A DNA stretch of 64,000 nucleotides from an uncultured virus (IMG/VR IMGVR_UViG_3300006484_000009) (IMGVR_UViG_3300006484_000009), one strand, 5' to 3'. Shown: positions 41,642-51,934, counted from the first letter of the stretch. Numbers and translations: made by a program. The notes: generated from the sequence alone by a model not told the origin.

Positions 41642-41950
41642 TTATTTAATATCTTTATTATTACATTTAGATGATAGCATTGAAATGCTATCATCAATAT
41701 GTTTTATTATGGTTTCAATTACTTCTTGATTTTTATTATCATTTGTTTTAATGACATCTTGTAAACCTTTTGATGCATCATTTAGTAACGGTAACATCTC
41801 TTTCAATTCTTTTATTCTATTCTCTTGCTCAAGTTCTAACTTATTAATTATTCCCTTTTTCTCAAGTTGAATACTTTGAAGCCAAAGCCACATAACATAA
41901 AATGTGACACCAGCGCTACCAAATATTTGTACTAGTGAATTAATTTCCAT
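41642..41950 (-). CDS. Small membrane protein with coiled coil (holin-like?)
   Basis: Single N-terminal hydrophobic helix followed by a heptad region. Confidence 0.55.
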   Translation of the reverse strand: MEINSLVQIFGSAGVTFYVMWLWLQSIQLEKKGIINKLELEQENRIKELKEMLPLLNDASKGLQDVIKTNDNKNQEVIETIIKHIDDSISMLSSKCNNKDIK

Positions 41951-41952
41951 TT

Positions 41953-42729
41953 TTAATTTTGGGTTAGATTGTTTTTTAATTCTATAATTTTTGAAACATC
42001 TGAAATAAAAGTTTCTTTATTATAGTTTCTATTTAAAAGATTTTCTTTAGTTGCTAATAACTTTTCTTTAATATCACCAGATGACTCTGTTAATTTGTTA
42101 TTAATAATTTCTAAACACTCTTTTATTGATGATTTATATAACACTTCTTTTTCAGATTCATTAACACCCATAATAACTGAAACCACCTTCATTTCCGATT
42201 CAGTTAAATCAGAATATTGTTCATTAAATTTCTCAACCGCAATTTCTGAAATAATACTATTAGGCAAACCATTCCATTCGTTAACTTCTGCTTTTTTATT
42301 GTTTAGTATATAATCAACGATTCCACTTTTTGCATTAACAATTTTATCGATATTCGTTGATGATTTCTTAGTGAAAATTAATGTATTAATATCTTCATAT
42401 AATTTTGACTTAGCATCATCCAGCGTAATTTTAATAGTACCAAAGATTTTGTTTTCAGTTAATTTTAAATTAACGTCTTTAATTTCTTTTTTTGAAAAAC
42501 CATCCAATAATGAAATACATTCATTAACGAATTCTGAAGCTTTAAATTTATCAGACTCAATTTTGTTCTCAATAGAATAATAAACATCGAATTGAGTTTT
42601 CAATGCTTTGTTTTCTTTTATTGTTCTAATATAATTCTTAAATGCTACTTTACCATCACTAGTTTTTTTAGCAATACCTTCAGCTAATAGAATATTGTAT
42701 GTTGATTTTATCGTACCAAAATTATTCAT
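41953..42729 (-). CDS. Hypothetical head-module protein
   Basis: ORF downstream of portal; late motif at 42744. Confidence 0.8.
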   Translation of the reverse strand: MNNFGTIKSTYNILLAEGIAKKTSDGKVAFKNYIRTIKENKALKTQFDVYYSIENKIESDKFKASEFVNECISLLDGFSKKEIKDVNLKLTENKIFGTIKITLDDAKSKLYEDINTLIFTKKSSTNIDKIVNAKSGIVDYILNNKKAEVNEWNGLPNSIISEIAVEKFNEQYSDLTESEMKVVSVIMGVNESEKEVLYKSSIKECLEIINNKLTESSGDIKEKLLATKENLLNRNYNKETFISDVSKIIELKNNLTQN

Positions 42730-42772
42730 AATTCTTTTTTATTATAAATATGGTAAAATAGTTTAAAAAATT

Positions 42773-44800
42773 CTATTCTTCCAACATTCTATCAATGTCT
42801 TTAATCACATTATTTATATCTTCGTTTATTCTTAAGCTTTTATCATAAACTTTAACCCTCTCATTTAATATAACATCATCTTCCACTTTACTTATTGAAT
42901 TGACTAGATTATTAAAAAGTTTAGTATTTTGTTTTTTATTTTTAGGTTTAATTTTACCATTATCATCATGCTCGATGATTAAATTACCTTTATTTTTAAT
43001 AGATTCGGCTGCTGGTTCTGGTGCTTCAACTGCATCTTCAGCTGGCACTTCTTCCGCTGGCGCTTCTTCACCACCTTCAGCTGGCGCTTCTTCACCTTCA
43101 GCTGGCACTTCTTCATCACCAAAATCTAATGCACCGCCACCGAAGCCGCCGCCACCGCCTCCACCACCAGTAGGTCCACCTTCAGATTCTTCACCACCTT
43201 CACCACCTTCACCACCAGATAATGCAGCATCCATATCACCATATATAGAATCAACCTTATCAAACATACCTGTATGCTTAATAACTTGACCAGTATTCTC
43301 AAGTTCAGCAGCAGCCGCTTTTTCTATTCTTTGCTCAAGTAAATCTTGTTTGATTTCATCATCACTCCAACCTAATATTTCTCTATGAGCTCTTGTCATA
43401 GACATTGGGGCAAATCCATTACCAGCATCAGACACTGCATCCTTATATAATGTCATCTTCAACTGTAATTGTTCAATCTTAAGTATTTCAGCTTGAGTTG
43501 ATGGGTTATTAAGTGTAAGTGTAAAATTATCTAAATCATCCTCAAAACCTAAAAGGTATAAATGTATTATTGCAATTTTATTTAATTCAGCTAACATCGC
43601 TTGTTGGATTCTATTTATTGTTCTAGAAAATCTAACGTCTTGTAATGATAAATTTTTACCTTCACCTTGAGCTTCATCAAAGTTTAAGAATTGTTTAGGA
43701 ACTCTTAACGCTGTAAATAATTTTCTTTGTAAATATTGAATATCTGCAATTTGGTCTAAGTTTGCCGCACCAGCTAATGTATCAATTGGATTTGGGGCAT
43801 TCTCATCTCTAACAGGAATAAAGTAATCCTGGTCATTTGCTAATGTATTGTATCTTAAATCCACTTGACCTGTTTGTGGGTCAACAATTGGAGTTCTTTT
43901 AAATCTATTAGCAATTTCATCAACGTATGCTGGTACATCTTCTTCATCAATATTACCAACAAATATTTTATATACTCTTCTTTCTGGTGCTCTCGTTACA
44001 CGATAAACAAGCATCGCATCTTCAGATAATTGTAATTGTTTCCAGATTCTTCTCGCTTTTTCTAGCATTGAAGTACCATATGGTAATCGTCTATCATCAC
44101 CTAATAATCTAAAGTGAGCAATTTGCCATGAATTAAATTCAATATCTCTACCTCTCCAGAAGAATTTAATCTTACCAGAAGTATCCTTTGTATCCTCAAC
44201 ATTGATTCTGTTTCTACCACTAATCATTGCTTCGATAATATCACCTTCTCTTCTTTCAAGCTCAAAATTAGGTAATTGTCTAGCACTAGTGATACCATAG
44301 TTATCATCTATATTTAATAATACAAAATTATCACCGTATTTACATGTATTTCTAGTCCACATCGGTAATGATACGTGAATATCTAATCTATTGAAAAATA
44401 AATCTTCTAATACACCTTTAATTCTATCACTATCTGAATAAACATTTAATATCTTACCCTTATCATTTACGGTTGTTGATTCTTCCATAAAAATATCTAA
44501 AGATGCAGCTATTTCTGGGTAAAATTCCATACTTTCAAAGTCAGTATATGAACCAATTCTTGTTGTTTCATAATGGATTGATTGTTGAAATAATTCACCA
44601 TCAACTTTTCTCCAAACATTTCTTAAATATTTGTTTTGTTGACCCTGTAATTTAACAGCATCAAAATCTTCCTTTGATTGAGTCTTAATTAAAACATCAT
44701 TATTAATTGAATATTTATTAGATTGTGTTTGAGCCTGTGGTCTAACACCCTCTGGTCCAAATATCGCATTCAATCTTTGAAATACAGTCCTTTTTGCCAT
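42773..44800 (-). CDS. Portal protein (T4 gp20-like) with acidic/Gly-rich tail
   Basis: QLQLSEDAMLVYRVTRAPERRVY, DYFIP, LFTALRVP. Confidence 0.93.
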   Translation of the reverse strand: MAKRTVFQRLNAIFGPEGVRPQAQTQSNKYSINNDVLIKTQSKEDFDAVKLQGQQNKYLRNVWRKVDGELFQQSIHYETTRIGSYTDFESMEFYPEIAASLDIFMEESTTVNDKGKILNVYSDSDRIKGVLEDLFFNRLDIHVSLPMWTRNTCKYGDNFVLLNIDDNYGITSARQLPNFELERREGDIIEAMISGRNRINVEDTKDTSGKIKFFWRGRDIEFNSWQIAHFRLLGDDRRLPYGTSMLEKARRIWKQLQLSEDAMLVYRVTRAPERRVYKIFVGNIDEEDVPAYVDEIANRFKRTPIVDPQTGQVDLRYNTLANDQDYFIPVRDENAPNPIDTLAGAANLDQIADIQYLQRKLFTALRVPKQFLNFDEAQGEGKNLSLQDVRFSRTINRIQQAMLAELNKIAIIHLYLLGFEDDLDNFTLTLNNPSTQAEILKIEQLQLKMTLYKDAVSDAGNGFAPMSMTRAHREILGWSDDEIKQDLLEQRIEKAAAAELENTGQVIKHTGMFDKVDSIYGDMDAALSGGEGGEGGEESEGGPTGGGGGGGGFGGGALDFGDEEVPAEGEEAPAEGGEEAPAEEVPAEDAVEAPEPAAESIKNKGNLIIEHDDNGKIKPKNKKQNTKLFNNLVNSISKVEDDVILNERVKVYDKSLRINEDINNVIKDIDRMLEE

Positions 44801-44850
44801 AATTTTTTTTATTTACTTAATTATAATGAAATAAGATTTAAATTAAATAC

Positions 44851-45117
44851 TTATTGCACATAATTACACTCTACATAAGCTAGATGTTGTAATATACCAT
44901 TTACAACAATCATCTCATATACATATCCTGTTATATTATCAATCCCTTGCGAACCCTTTTTAGCATCACAAAAGACTTTAGGTCCAATACCTTTACCTAG
45001 ATTCATTGAAGATTGTTTATCGATACTATCATCAACACACCAAGTATATAATTGGGTCACATTCTTACCAACATTGGTATTTCTAGTAAAACACTTTCTA
45101 TCTCTAACTCTAGCCAT
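44851..45117 (-). CDS. Small Cys-containing hypothetical protein
   Basis: ORF track. Confidence 0.65.
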   Translation of the reverse strand: MARVRDRKCFTRNTNVGKNVTQLYTWCVDDSIDKQSSMNLGKGIGPKVFCDAKKGSQGIDNITGYVYEMIVVNGILQHLAYVECNYVQ

Positions 45118-45129
45118 TTTTTTATATTT

Positions 45130-46884
45130 TTATTTTAATCCACTGAATAACCATAAATATTCACCCTTTGGGTCTTGCATATTTTTTGCAACCTGGGTGT
45201 TAAAATTTGGTTTACCAGTATTTGTTTTATTTCTTTGATTTTTAGGAACAAACCCTGTATTATATGTATCATCAGTAGCTTTATTAGAACCACCAACTTG
45301 CCAAGCTGATAATATCGCTTTAGTTTGTTTCTCAAGCTTCTTTAATTTCTTAAATGATGATTCCAATATCCATAAAGCCATACCTAATGATAGTAAACAA
45401 TCATCATGATACCCTTCCATGTGGTCAGGTCTACCATTTTTATAGATAAATGTCTTCATTTCATTTATAACACGCTTAGATTTAATCTTTATAGTGTTAG
45501 TTCTAACTGCAATCTCCAAATGTGATATTAATTGAAGTCTAACACCATTGATATTAAATCCAGCTACCTTTTTACCATTTTCTGTTTTAATTGAATCGTA
45601 ATGTAAGTTAGGATATTTTAATTCCACAAGTTTTGATGTAGTAGTATTACCAACACCAACATTATCAACAACCAAATAAGCACTATACTTAGTACCATAT
45701 ACATTAAGTATTTCAGCAAATGTATCTGGTGGTACTTTACCCTGGAATTCAGCAACCTGTTCCATTGTCGTAAAATCAATGATTTGGAAACATGAAAAGT
45801 CAGCCCCATCACCACGAGCAACATCGGCTGCTAATATGTATTGATGTTCAGCCTCAGGTTCATTCCAAATCCAAACTAAACCACTATTACCATCATAATA
45901 CGTATCATCAATATATTTAGGTTTTTCAACATTCTGAGTATCATGCATATTGATATACTCATCATCTATTACGTTACCCCCAGAACCTAGGAATGATACG
46001 TCAAGCTCTTGTGCAATTTTCTTCTTATCATTGTTCATCCCCTTACACATATCACGATACCAAGTGGAAGTAGGTTTATAACCTTTCTTAACCATTTCTT
46101 CAAATGAATCTAAAGTGAATTCAACTTCAGTAATAATTTCATCAGCTTTTAACCACTGTAAATCTTTATTATATCTAGGGTCTTGATACCATTTTAATTC
46201 AATAACATTGTAGTCATTATCACCCTTCTCAGATTGTTCGTATGTTTTATAATACAATGGGTCATAACCATTAGGTGTTGAAATTAATATTGCACCACCC
46301 CCAGTACCTAATGATGTAATTGCCGCAGAATATAATTCAGCACCATTTACAATAAAGGCTGCCTCATCAAAAATAAGTAATGTTGGGGTATATCCACGAA
46401 GTGCATCTGTTGATGTTGCTACCGCAATGATTTTACTACCATTAGGTAACTCAATCTCAATTTGGGAATCTTTTATAAATATAGATTTCTTTTCTTTCTC
46501 ATCAGTACCATAGTAGTCTGGACCCCAAACCCATCTAGGTAATTGTGAACAATAATCTTTAATACCTTTAGTAAATTTTTTAGCTAAATTTAATTTATTG
46601 GCAATTACAATTATAGTTTCTGGATTTTTAGAATCAGCAAATGCACATTTAATTGCACTATATGCTTGTGTTGTCGTTGAGATACCAGCCTGTCTAGGTT
46701 TTGTTACGATATTAAAACGATATTTTTGATAACAATCTACTATATATTGTTGTCTAATGAATAAGTTGAATGGAACAAACCCTTCTTGAGTTTTATCAAA
46801 TGTTGATAAATACGTTCCTATTGCGTATTTTGGGTCAATCACACATTTTGCATATTCATTTAATATTTCACCGCTTGTTAGCAT
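45130..46884 (-). CDS. Terminase large subunit (T4 gp17-like)
   Basis: KPRQAGIST, LIFDEAAF, ISTPNG, ADVARGDGADFS, HDD. Confidence 0.93.
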   Translation of the reverse strand: MLTSGEILNEYAKCVIDPKYAIGTYLSTFDKTQEGFVPFNLFIRQQYIVDCYQKYRFNIVTKPRQAGISTTTQAYSAIKCAFADSKNPETIIVIANKLNLAKKFTKGIKDYCSQLPRWVWGPDYYGTDEKEKKSIFIKDSQIEIELPNGSKIIAVATSTDALRGYTPTLLIFDEAAFIVNGAELYSAAITSLGTGGGAILISTPNGYDPLYYKTYEQSEKGDNDYNVIELKWYQDPRYNKDLQWLKADEIITEVEFTLDSFEEMVKKGYKPTSTWYRDMCKGMNNDKKKIAQELDVSFLGSGGNVIDDEYINMHDTQNVEKPKYIDDTYYDGNSGLVWIWNEPEAEHQYILAADVARGDGADFSCFQIIDFTTMEQVAEFQGKVPPDTFAEILNVYGTKYSAYLVVDNVGVGNTTTSKLVELKYPNLHYDSIKTENGKKVAGFNINGVRLQLISHLEIAVRTNTIKIKSKRVINEMKTFIYKNGRPDHMEGYHDDCLLSLGMALWILESSFKKLKKLEKQTKAILSAWQVGGSNKATDDTYNTGFVPKNQRNKTNTGKPNFNTQVAKNMQDPKGEYLWLFSGLK

Positions 46885-46922
46885 AGGTTTTTATTAATAA
46901 ATATGTGAAAACACGCAAAAAC

Positions 46923-46951
46923 AAAAAAGGATGACTTTCGCCACCCTTTTA
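46923..46951 (-). terminator. Intrinsic terminator
   Basis: Minus strand AAAAGGGTGG-CGAAA-GTCATCCTTTTTT. Confidence 0.7.
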
Positions 46952-46955
46952 TAAA

Positions 46956-48095
46956 TTAGAATAAATCCTCTATCTCAAATAAATCATCACCCATTGATTC
47001 ATTATATTCATCTTCTTTTATTTCTCGTTTTATTTCATTTAATAATTCTGAAATAATTTCTTTACCTCTTTTAGTACCCCCTAGTATCTCTCTCATCGTA
47101 TGAGCATATTCCTTAGGTTCCAATTGTGAAATATCAGCATATACATGATGCTTTAAATTAAAATCACCAGCTGGTATCATAGCACAGAATTTACCCCATA
47201 AACCAGGACCAATTCTCATATCCCATGGTTCAGCTTGTACAAAATCTGATTTGTTAATAACATACTCAGCTATATTTTTTTTATTTGGTAAACCAGGTGC
47301 TGATAGAATTTCCATACAACCTTTAACCAATTCATGTATTAATACTGGGAAAACCATTGCTTTAGCATTTAATGTTGTTGGTTTGTTTTTTTCTTTTGAA
47401 CCAAACTCAACTTCACATTTACCAGCATTTGTTGAACTCTCTAAAGTTGGCTGCAAATAATACATGTAATCAGCGGCAGTCATCATTTTTTTATAATTGT
47501 TAATCAATTTAGGATTCATATTAGTTAATTCAGCATCAGCTAAATGATACATATGATTAACTTTTTTTGCAGCACCTTGATTCATTGCATTTACAAATCT
47601 TCTTTTATATACACTATCATTTGCATACTCCATTTCATCGTGGTCATCAAATTCAGTGATGGTTTCTTGGTCAGGTACTAAATTTGTACCATTTAAATCA
47701 ATATAAGGTGTTAATTCAGCATTTATAATAACTTCTTCTGGTATATCGAATTCTTCTCTAACCATTTTAACAGCTAATTCTACTAATTCTTTTTTGTGTT
47801 TTTCTTCTAAAGACATTGTATCATTAACTAAAGGCATCATTTCCATCATTAAAGACATATTATCTATCTCCTCAACATTAAATGCTTTTTTAACTTCATT
47901 AACAACATCTTTAAATCTTTCACCAACAATTGCTGTTGCAAAATTTCGTTCATTACCAACTGGAAAACAAGGACTTTCACCTAAAGAAGTTTTATTACTT
48001 AATAAATCTTCCTCAAGTTTTGGGTGCATTCTTTCTTTTAAATCTTTTGGGTAAATAAGACTTTCAGCTAATATGTTTTTAGTTCTTCTACTCAT
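46956..48095 (-). CDS. Hypothetical phage protein (head region)
   Basis: ORF track; contains LIHELVKG. Confidence 0.8.
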   Translation of the reverse strand: MSRRTKNILAESLIYPKDLKERMHPKLEEDLLSNKTSLGESPCFPVGNERNFATAIVGERFKDVVNEVKKAFNVEEIDNMSLMMEMMPLVNDTMSLEEKHKKELVELAVKMVREEFDIPEEVIINAELTPYIDLNGTNLVPDQETITEFDDHDEMEYANDSVYKRRFVNAMNQGAAKKVNHMYHLADAELTNMNPKLINNYKKMMTAADYMYYLQPTLESSTNAGKCEVEFGSKEKNKPTTLNAKAMVFPVLIHELVKGCMEILSAPGLPNKKNIAEYVINKSDFVQAEPWDMRIGPGLWGKFCAMIPAGDFNLKHHVYADISQLEPKEYAHTMREILGGTKRGKEIISELLNEIKREIKEDEYNESMGDDLFEIEDLF

Positions 48096-48541
48096 TATTT
48101 TAAATCTTTAACTTTTATTGTTTTTATAACTTTTCTTTTATTTTTTACAGATTCATCTATAGAACCTAATTTAGACATATAATCTTGACCTTCAGGTGAA
48201 TTTAACCAGTCATTATAGTCTTCTCTATTTCTATCATCTCTATCCGCAAGATTCTCAATATCTGAAGGACCTAAATCACCAAAATCTTCACCAGTTCCAG
48301 GATGATTATTTTCACTCACACCATCACCCTTTATAAATGTACCCATTGGTCCGTCTATAATATCTTTATTTGTTTTAGCCACTTTCTTATCCAAATCCTC
48401 AAGTGCTTTTTTAGATTTTTCAATATCTTCAGGCTTTATTAATTTTGATTTATCATTTTGTTGGTTAACATCAGTTGTATTGCTAGTATTTACAACAGCA
48501 TTTGCAGCTGCTTCAAGTATACTTATTTTTTTAATTCTCAT
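48095..48541 (-). CDS. Hypothetical protein
   Basis: ORF track. Confidence 0.75.
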   Translation of the reverse strand: MRIKKISILEAAANAVVNTSNTTDVNQQNDKSKLIKPEDIEKSKKALEDLDKKVAKTNKDIIDGPMGTFIKGDGVSENNHPGTGEDFGDLGPSDIENLADRDDRNREDYNDWLNSPEGQDYMSKLGSIDESVKNKRKVIKTIKVKDLK

Positions 48542-48542
48542 A

Positions 48543-48941
48543 TTACTTAACTTTTTTTTCTTTGTTATATTCTAAAACTAAATCACGTTCATAAAGTTTA
48601 TCATTAACTTCAGCTATGTCTAAACCAAATGAGAACCAAAGTCTAGATTCTGGATATTCTTCATAACCATCAATATCTTCCCAAGCCAATGCAACAATTT
48701 TATCAACCGCATCCCAAACAGCAAACGTATCACTATCTTGAACTAAATTGAATTTTATATCGGTACTTAATTTACCAACTGATTTAACAAATTCAGAATG
48801 TGGTGGCTCTGGTCTACCAGAAGCTGGAACCGCATCCCAATTATCACCATCAACATTATCAATATCAGATGAGAAGAGAAATTCATAAATGAAATCACCT
48901 TCCCAACCTTTACCAACTTTATTTATGTAAATTAATTTCAT
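48543..48941 (-). CDS. Hypothetical protein
   Basis: ORF track. Confidence 0.8.
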   Translation of the reverse strand: MKLIYINKVGKGWEGDFIYEFLFSSDIDNVDGDNWDAVPASGRPEPPHSEFVKSVGKLSTDIKFNLVQDSDTFAVWDAVDKIVALAWEDIDGYEEYPESRLWFSFGLDIAEVNDKLYERDLVLEYNKEKKVK

Positions 48942-50749
48942 TAATAGTCCATTTTAGGTTTTGGTGCATGTGCTGGCTCAGCTTCCCAAATTCTTTTTCT
49001 TCTTGGTGAAGGTTGTGCTGGTTTTGTTTCTGGAATTACCACAGGTTCTTTAACTGGGTTATTCAATGTAATAGAATCTAACATATCTTGCATTTCGTTT
49101 AATTTTTCAATTATAACATCGTTATTTGCAAATATACTATTTTTTTTCAAATTATCCAAAGATTCACTTATTTTAACACATTTATCTTTACCATTTTCAG
49201 TACCAGCGTACTTATAACCTTTCCAACATGCTTTACCATCAACACCTTTTATTTTATCTTCACCAACTATTTTAGATACTGGTGTTCTAGACCACATTTT
49301 ACATGACCAATATTTAGGTGTAGTTCTATCTTTTGCTTGAGCACATTTGTGTCTAGCTCTGAATGATTTTCTTCTTTTTGGGTCATCTCTTTTAATTTCC
49401 ATATTTGGGTCACCAAAATTAACTTTAACCACATTACCTTTTTTATTTTTAACGTAAACTTTAAATTTCTTAACATCACCCTTTGTCGGTTTACCTAATG
49501 TAACTTTTCTACCTTGGTATTCAGCTTCATTAATCCCATTCCCAACAAATAATTGCGCAATATCACTTTCTGGCGATTCAACTGAACCATGATTATCTTC
49601 ATATCCAGCTTCAGTATCACCGTCATAACCAAGTTGACCAGTTAAAAAATGATAAACTTCTTCAATATCATCTTTTGAAGTTGCTGCTAGATTTGAAATC
49701 CATTCACCATGGTTTAAAATCTCATTATCAACCATAAACACATCCATATTTAATATTTCATGTGTTGCATGTTTTATCGTTTTCAAATTTTGAAATAACA
49801 TATAATTATTAGATTCAGACTCTTCAGTCATTCTTTCTTGACCTTCTAAATAATGGTAAATGTGCTCAATATCATGAGTTGCTGTTGCAACATGGTCTAA
49901 AGCCCAACCATGACCATTATCTAATAAAGCACTAACTTCATTCATATCCATACTCAATAATTCACAAGCATCTTCATATATTGAATAGATATCATTAAAA
50001 AACATTCCATTTTTTAATTCTTCACCACCTTGATTATCGTTATTTTCATGTACTTCAAAATCATCACCAAATGCGACAACATTATCACTTAATAAATCAT
50101 CAGACTCCCACATTTGATTTTCAGCACCTGGTGCAAATCTAGCATCATTTGCAAAATATGATTTGTCAGCATTACCAGGTTGAAAACCTAAATCACCAGC
50201 TTCATCTAAAGGCTCTTCAGTTTCAGAATCAACATCTACTTCATCATCACCCATATTTGCTTCTTCATCATCACCAGTATCAACATTAACATCAACATTA
50301 ACATCTTTACCTTCATCACCAGAAGATTTAATTTTTTTGATTATATCTTTTTGGTCTTCTTCATCCATTTCAGCAGTATGAGTCGCTGAAATTACAGAAT
50401 TAATTGCAAATTTTTCTAAATCAAAATCAGGTTGACCTTTATCTTCACTATATTTTCTAAGTGTAGTACCTAATTTACCAGCAAGTTGCTGTATATATTT
50501 TTCTGGGTCCTCAGTTTCATCAGCTTCAATACCAGCATCGAAAGGTGTATCATCAAATGGTTTATCATCACCAGGTGCAGCTTCAGGTACCTCAGCATCC
50601 AAACCCATATCAGCTTCCTCACCACCAGTTACAGGAGGTGTAGAAACGTCCAAAGCTGGCGTACTAGGTGCAGCCAGCTTTAGTTTATATTTTACTTCTT
50701 CTTCTAGATTATACCCTTCCTCTTCATCAGCGAAAAGACCAGTAGACAT
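48941..50749 (-). CDS. Acidic multidomain head-region protein; probably the -1 frameshift extension of 50770-51555
   Basis: Frame stays open upstream of the ATG through the A10 run; duplicated His-rich helical domain; AEYQGRKV...FRARHKC...YWSC domain seen in T4-like phages. Confidence 0.75.
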   Translation of the reverse strand: MSTGLFADEEEGYNLEEEVKYKLKLAAPSTPALDVSTPPVTGGEEADMGLDAEVPEAAPGDDKPFDDTPFDAGIEADETEDPEKYIQQLAGKLGTTLRKYSEDKGQPDFDLEKFAINSVISATHTAEMDEEDQKDIIKKIKSSGDEGKDVNVDVNVDTGDDEEANMGDDEVDVDSETEEPLDEAGDLGFQPGNADKSYFANDARFAPGAENQMWESDDLLSDNVVAFGDDFEVHENNDNQGGEELKNGMFFNDIYSIYEDACELLSMDMNEVSALLDNGHGWALDHVATATHDIEHIYHYLEGQERMTEESESNNYMLFQNLKTIKHATHEILNMDVFMVDNEILNHGEWISNLAATSKDDIEEVYHFLTGQLGYDGDTEAGYEDNHGSVESPESDIAQLFVGNGINEAEYQGRKVTLGKPTKGDVKKFKVYVKNKKGNVVKVNFGDPNMEIKRDDPKRRKSFRARHKCAQAKDRTTPKYWSCKMWSRTPVSKIVGEDKIKGVDGKACWKGYKYAGTENGKDKCVKISESLDNLKKNSIFANNDVIIEKLNEMQDMLDSITLNNPVKEPVVIPETKPAQPSPRRKRIWEAEPAHAPKPKMDY

Positions 50750-50769
50750 CCCATCTACTTTAGTTTCAA

Positions 50770-51555
50770 TTAAGCTTTTTTTTTTAAAGTATTTAACAAT
50801 GCTTCTTTTTCAGATTCAGTTAATGAATTTAAAATACCACTTACTTTATCAGAAGTATCTTCACCAATAATTGAATCCATTCTAGCCATTGCAGTTTCAA
50901 TACTAAAACCTTTTTTAGATTCAGGTATATTTATTTCTTTTGGTGGGTTAGGTAGTTGATTAGGGTCATCTTCATTTCCCATAGTGTAATCAACATCATC
51001 TAACATTTCATCGATAGCCATTTCATTTTCAGATAATTTAACAGCTTCAAATTCATCATCAGCATCTTTGTTAGCAAGATTATCACCAAATTGACCTTCT
51101 TCCTTACCTTCTTTAGAATCGTAAGATAATTTTTCACCAGATTTATCTAAAATATCTTTAGATGCATCATTTTCAGCTAACAAATTGTCATCTACAAATG
51201 CATTGTAGCTACTAATTTTACCATGAGCTTCATTTAAACTCATTAATTTTAAATTCAAATGTTTAATAGCTTTTGCGTATGATGGGTATACTTCAGATGT
51301 CTTATTCATCAAACCACCAATGTAATTGAAATCTTCAGTTACTAAATTTGATTGTTTGTCAGTTATTTTAATAAAATAATTGTGACCTTCTCTAACCACA
51401 CCATAAACCTTACCATCAGGTCCTAATTTAGTCAATTCAACAACAGAATTTTTAACGTCTTCATTTAATTGGGATTGACCCATTAATTCTCGCATTCTGT
51501 TAAGCTTATCATTACCTTTTAACCCTGTAGGTTTAACTATAAATGGATTCTTCAT
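50770..51555 (-). CDS. Acidic head-region protein ending at a slippery sequence
   Basis: Ends TTA AAA AAA AAA GCT TAA. Confidence 0.8.
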   Translation of the reverse strand: MKNPFIVKPTGLKGNDKLNRMRELMGQSQLNEDVKNSVVELTKLGPDGKVYGVVREGHNYFIKITDKQSNLVTEDFNYIGGLMNKTSEVYPSYAKAIKHLNLKLMSLNEAHGKISSYNAFVDDNLLAENDASKDILDKSGEKLSYDSKEGKEEGQFGDNLANKDADDEFEAVKLSENEMAIDEMLDDVDYTMGNEDDPNQLPNPPKEINIPESKKGFSIETAMARMDSIIGEDTSDKVSGILNSLTESEKEALLNTLKKKA

Positions 51556-51581
51556 TTTATATTGTTTTTTTAATTTTTTAT

Positions 51582-51839
51582 TTATAAGCTAATTGACCCC
51601 AAATATGGGCTACCATTAGTGACATCTTTATTAACACCAAGTACATAACAACCAACACCACCAGATAGTGTATTAATACCTATGAATATACTAGAACTAC
51701 TACCCATATCAATGCTATACCCATTAACAGTAATGGTGCAACCTGTTGGTCCACCATATATTTCATTATAAGTGTATGCTGTTAAGTTAGCATCAGCAAT
51801 TGTATGACATACTGCACTTACTTCATTTATTTTTGCCAT
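51582..51839 (-). CDS. Small hypothetical late protein
   Basis: ORF track; tandem ATATTTAT at 51855-51868. Confidence 0.7.
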   Translation of the reverse strand: MAKINEVSAVCHTIADANLTAYTYNEIYGGPTGCTITVNGYSIDMGSSSSIFIGINTLSGGVGCYVLGVNKDVTNGSPYLGSISL

Positions 51840-51901
51840 AATATATTATAGTTTATAAATATAAATATGCGAAAAGTCTAAAAAAGATATTTTTATAAAA
51901 T

Positions 51902-51930
51902 AAAAATGGGATACTTTCATACCCCATTTA
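51902..51930 (-). terminator. Intrinsic terminator
   Basis: Minus strand AAATGGGGTAT-GAAA-GTATCCCATTTTT. Confidence 0.7.
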
Positions 51931-51934
51931 TTTT

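Noticed and set aside
36724..46884. Inteins or introns in capsid, portal or terminase
   Set aside because: ORFs are continuous, with no C/S...HN-C/S/T splice motifs or LAGLIDADG blocks.
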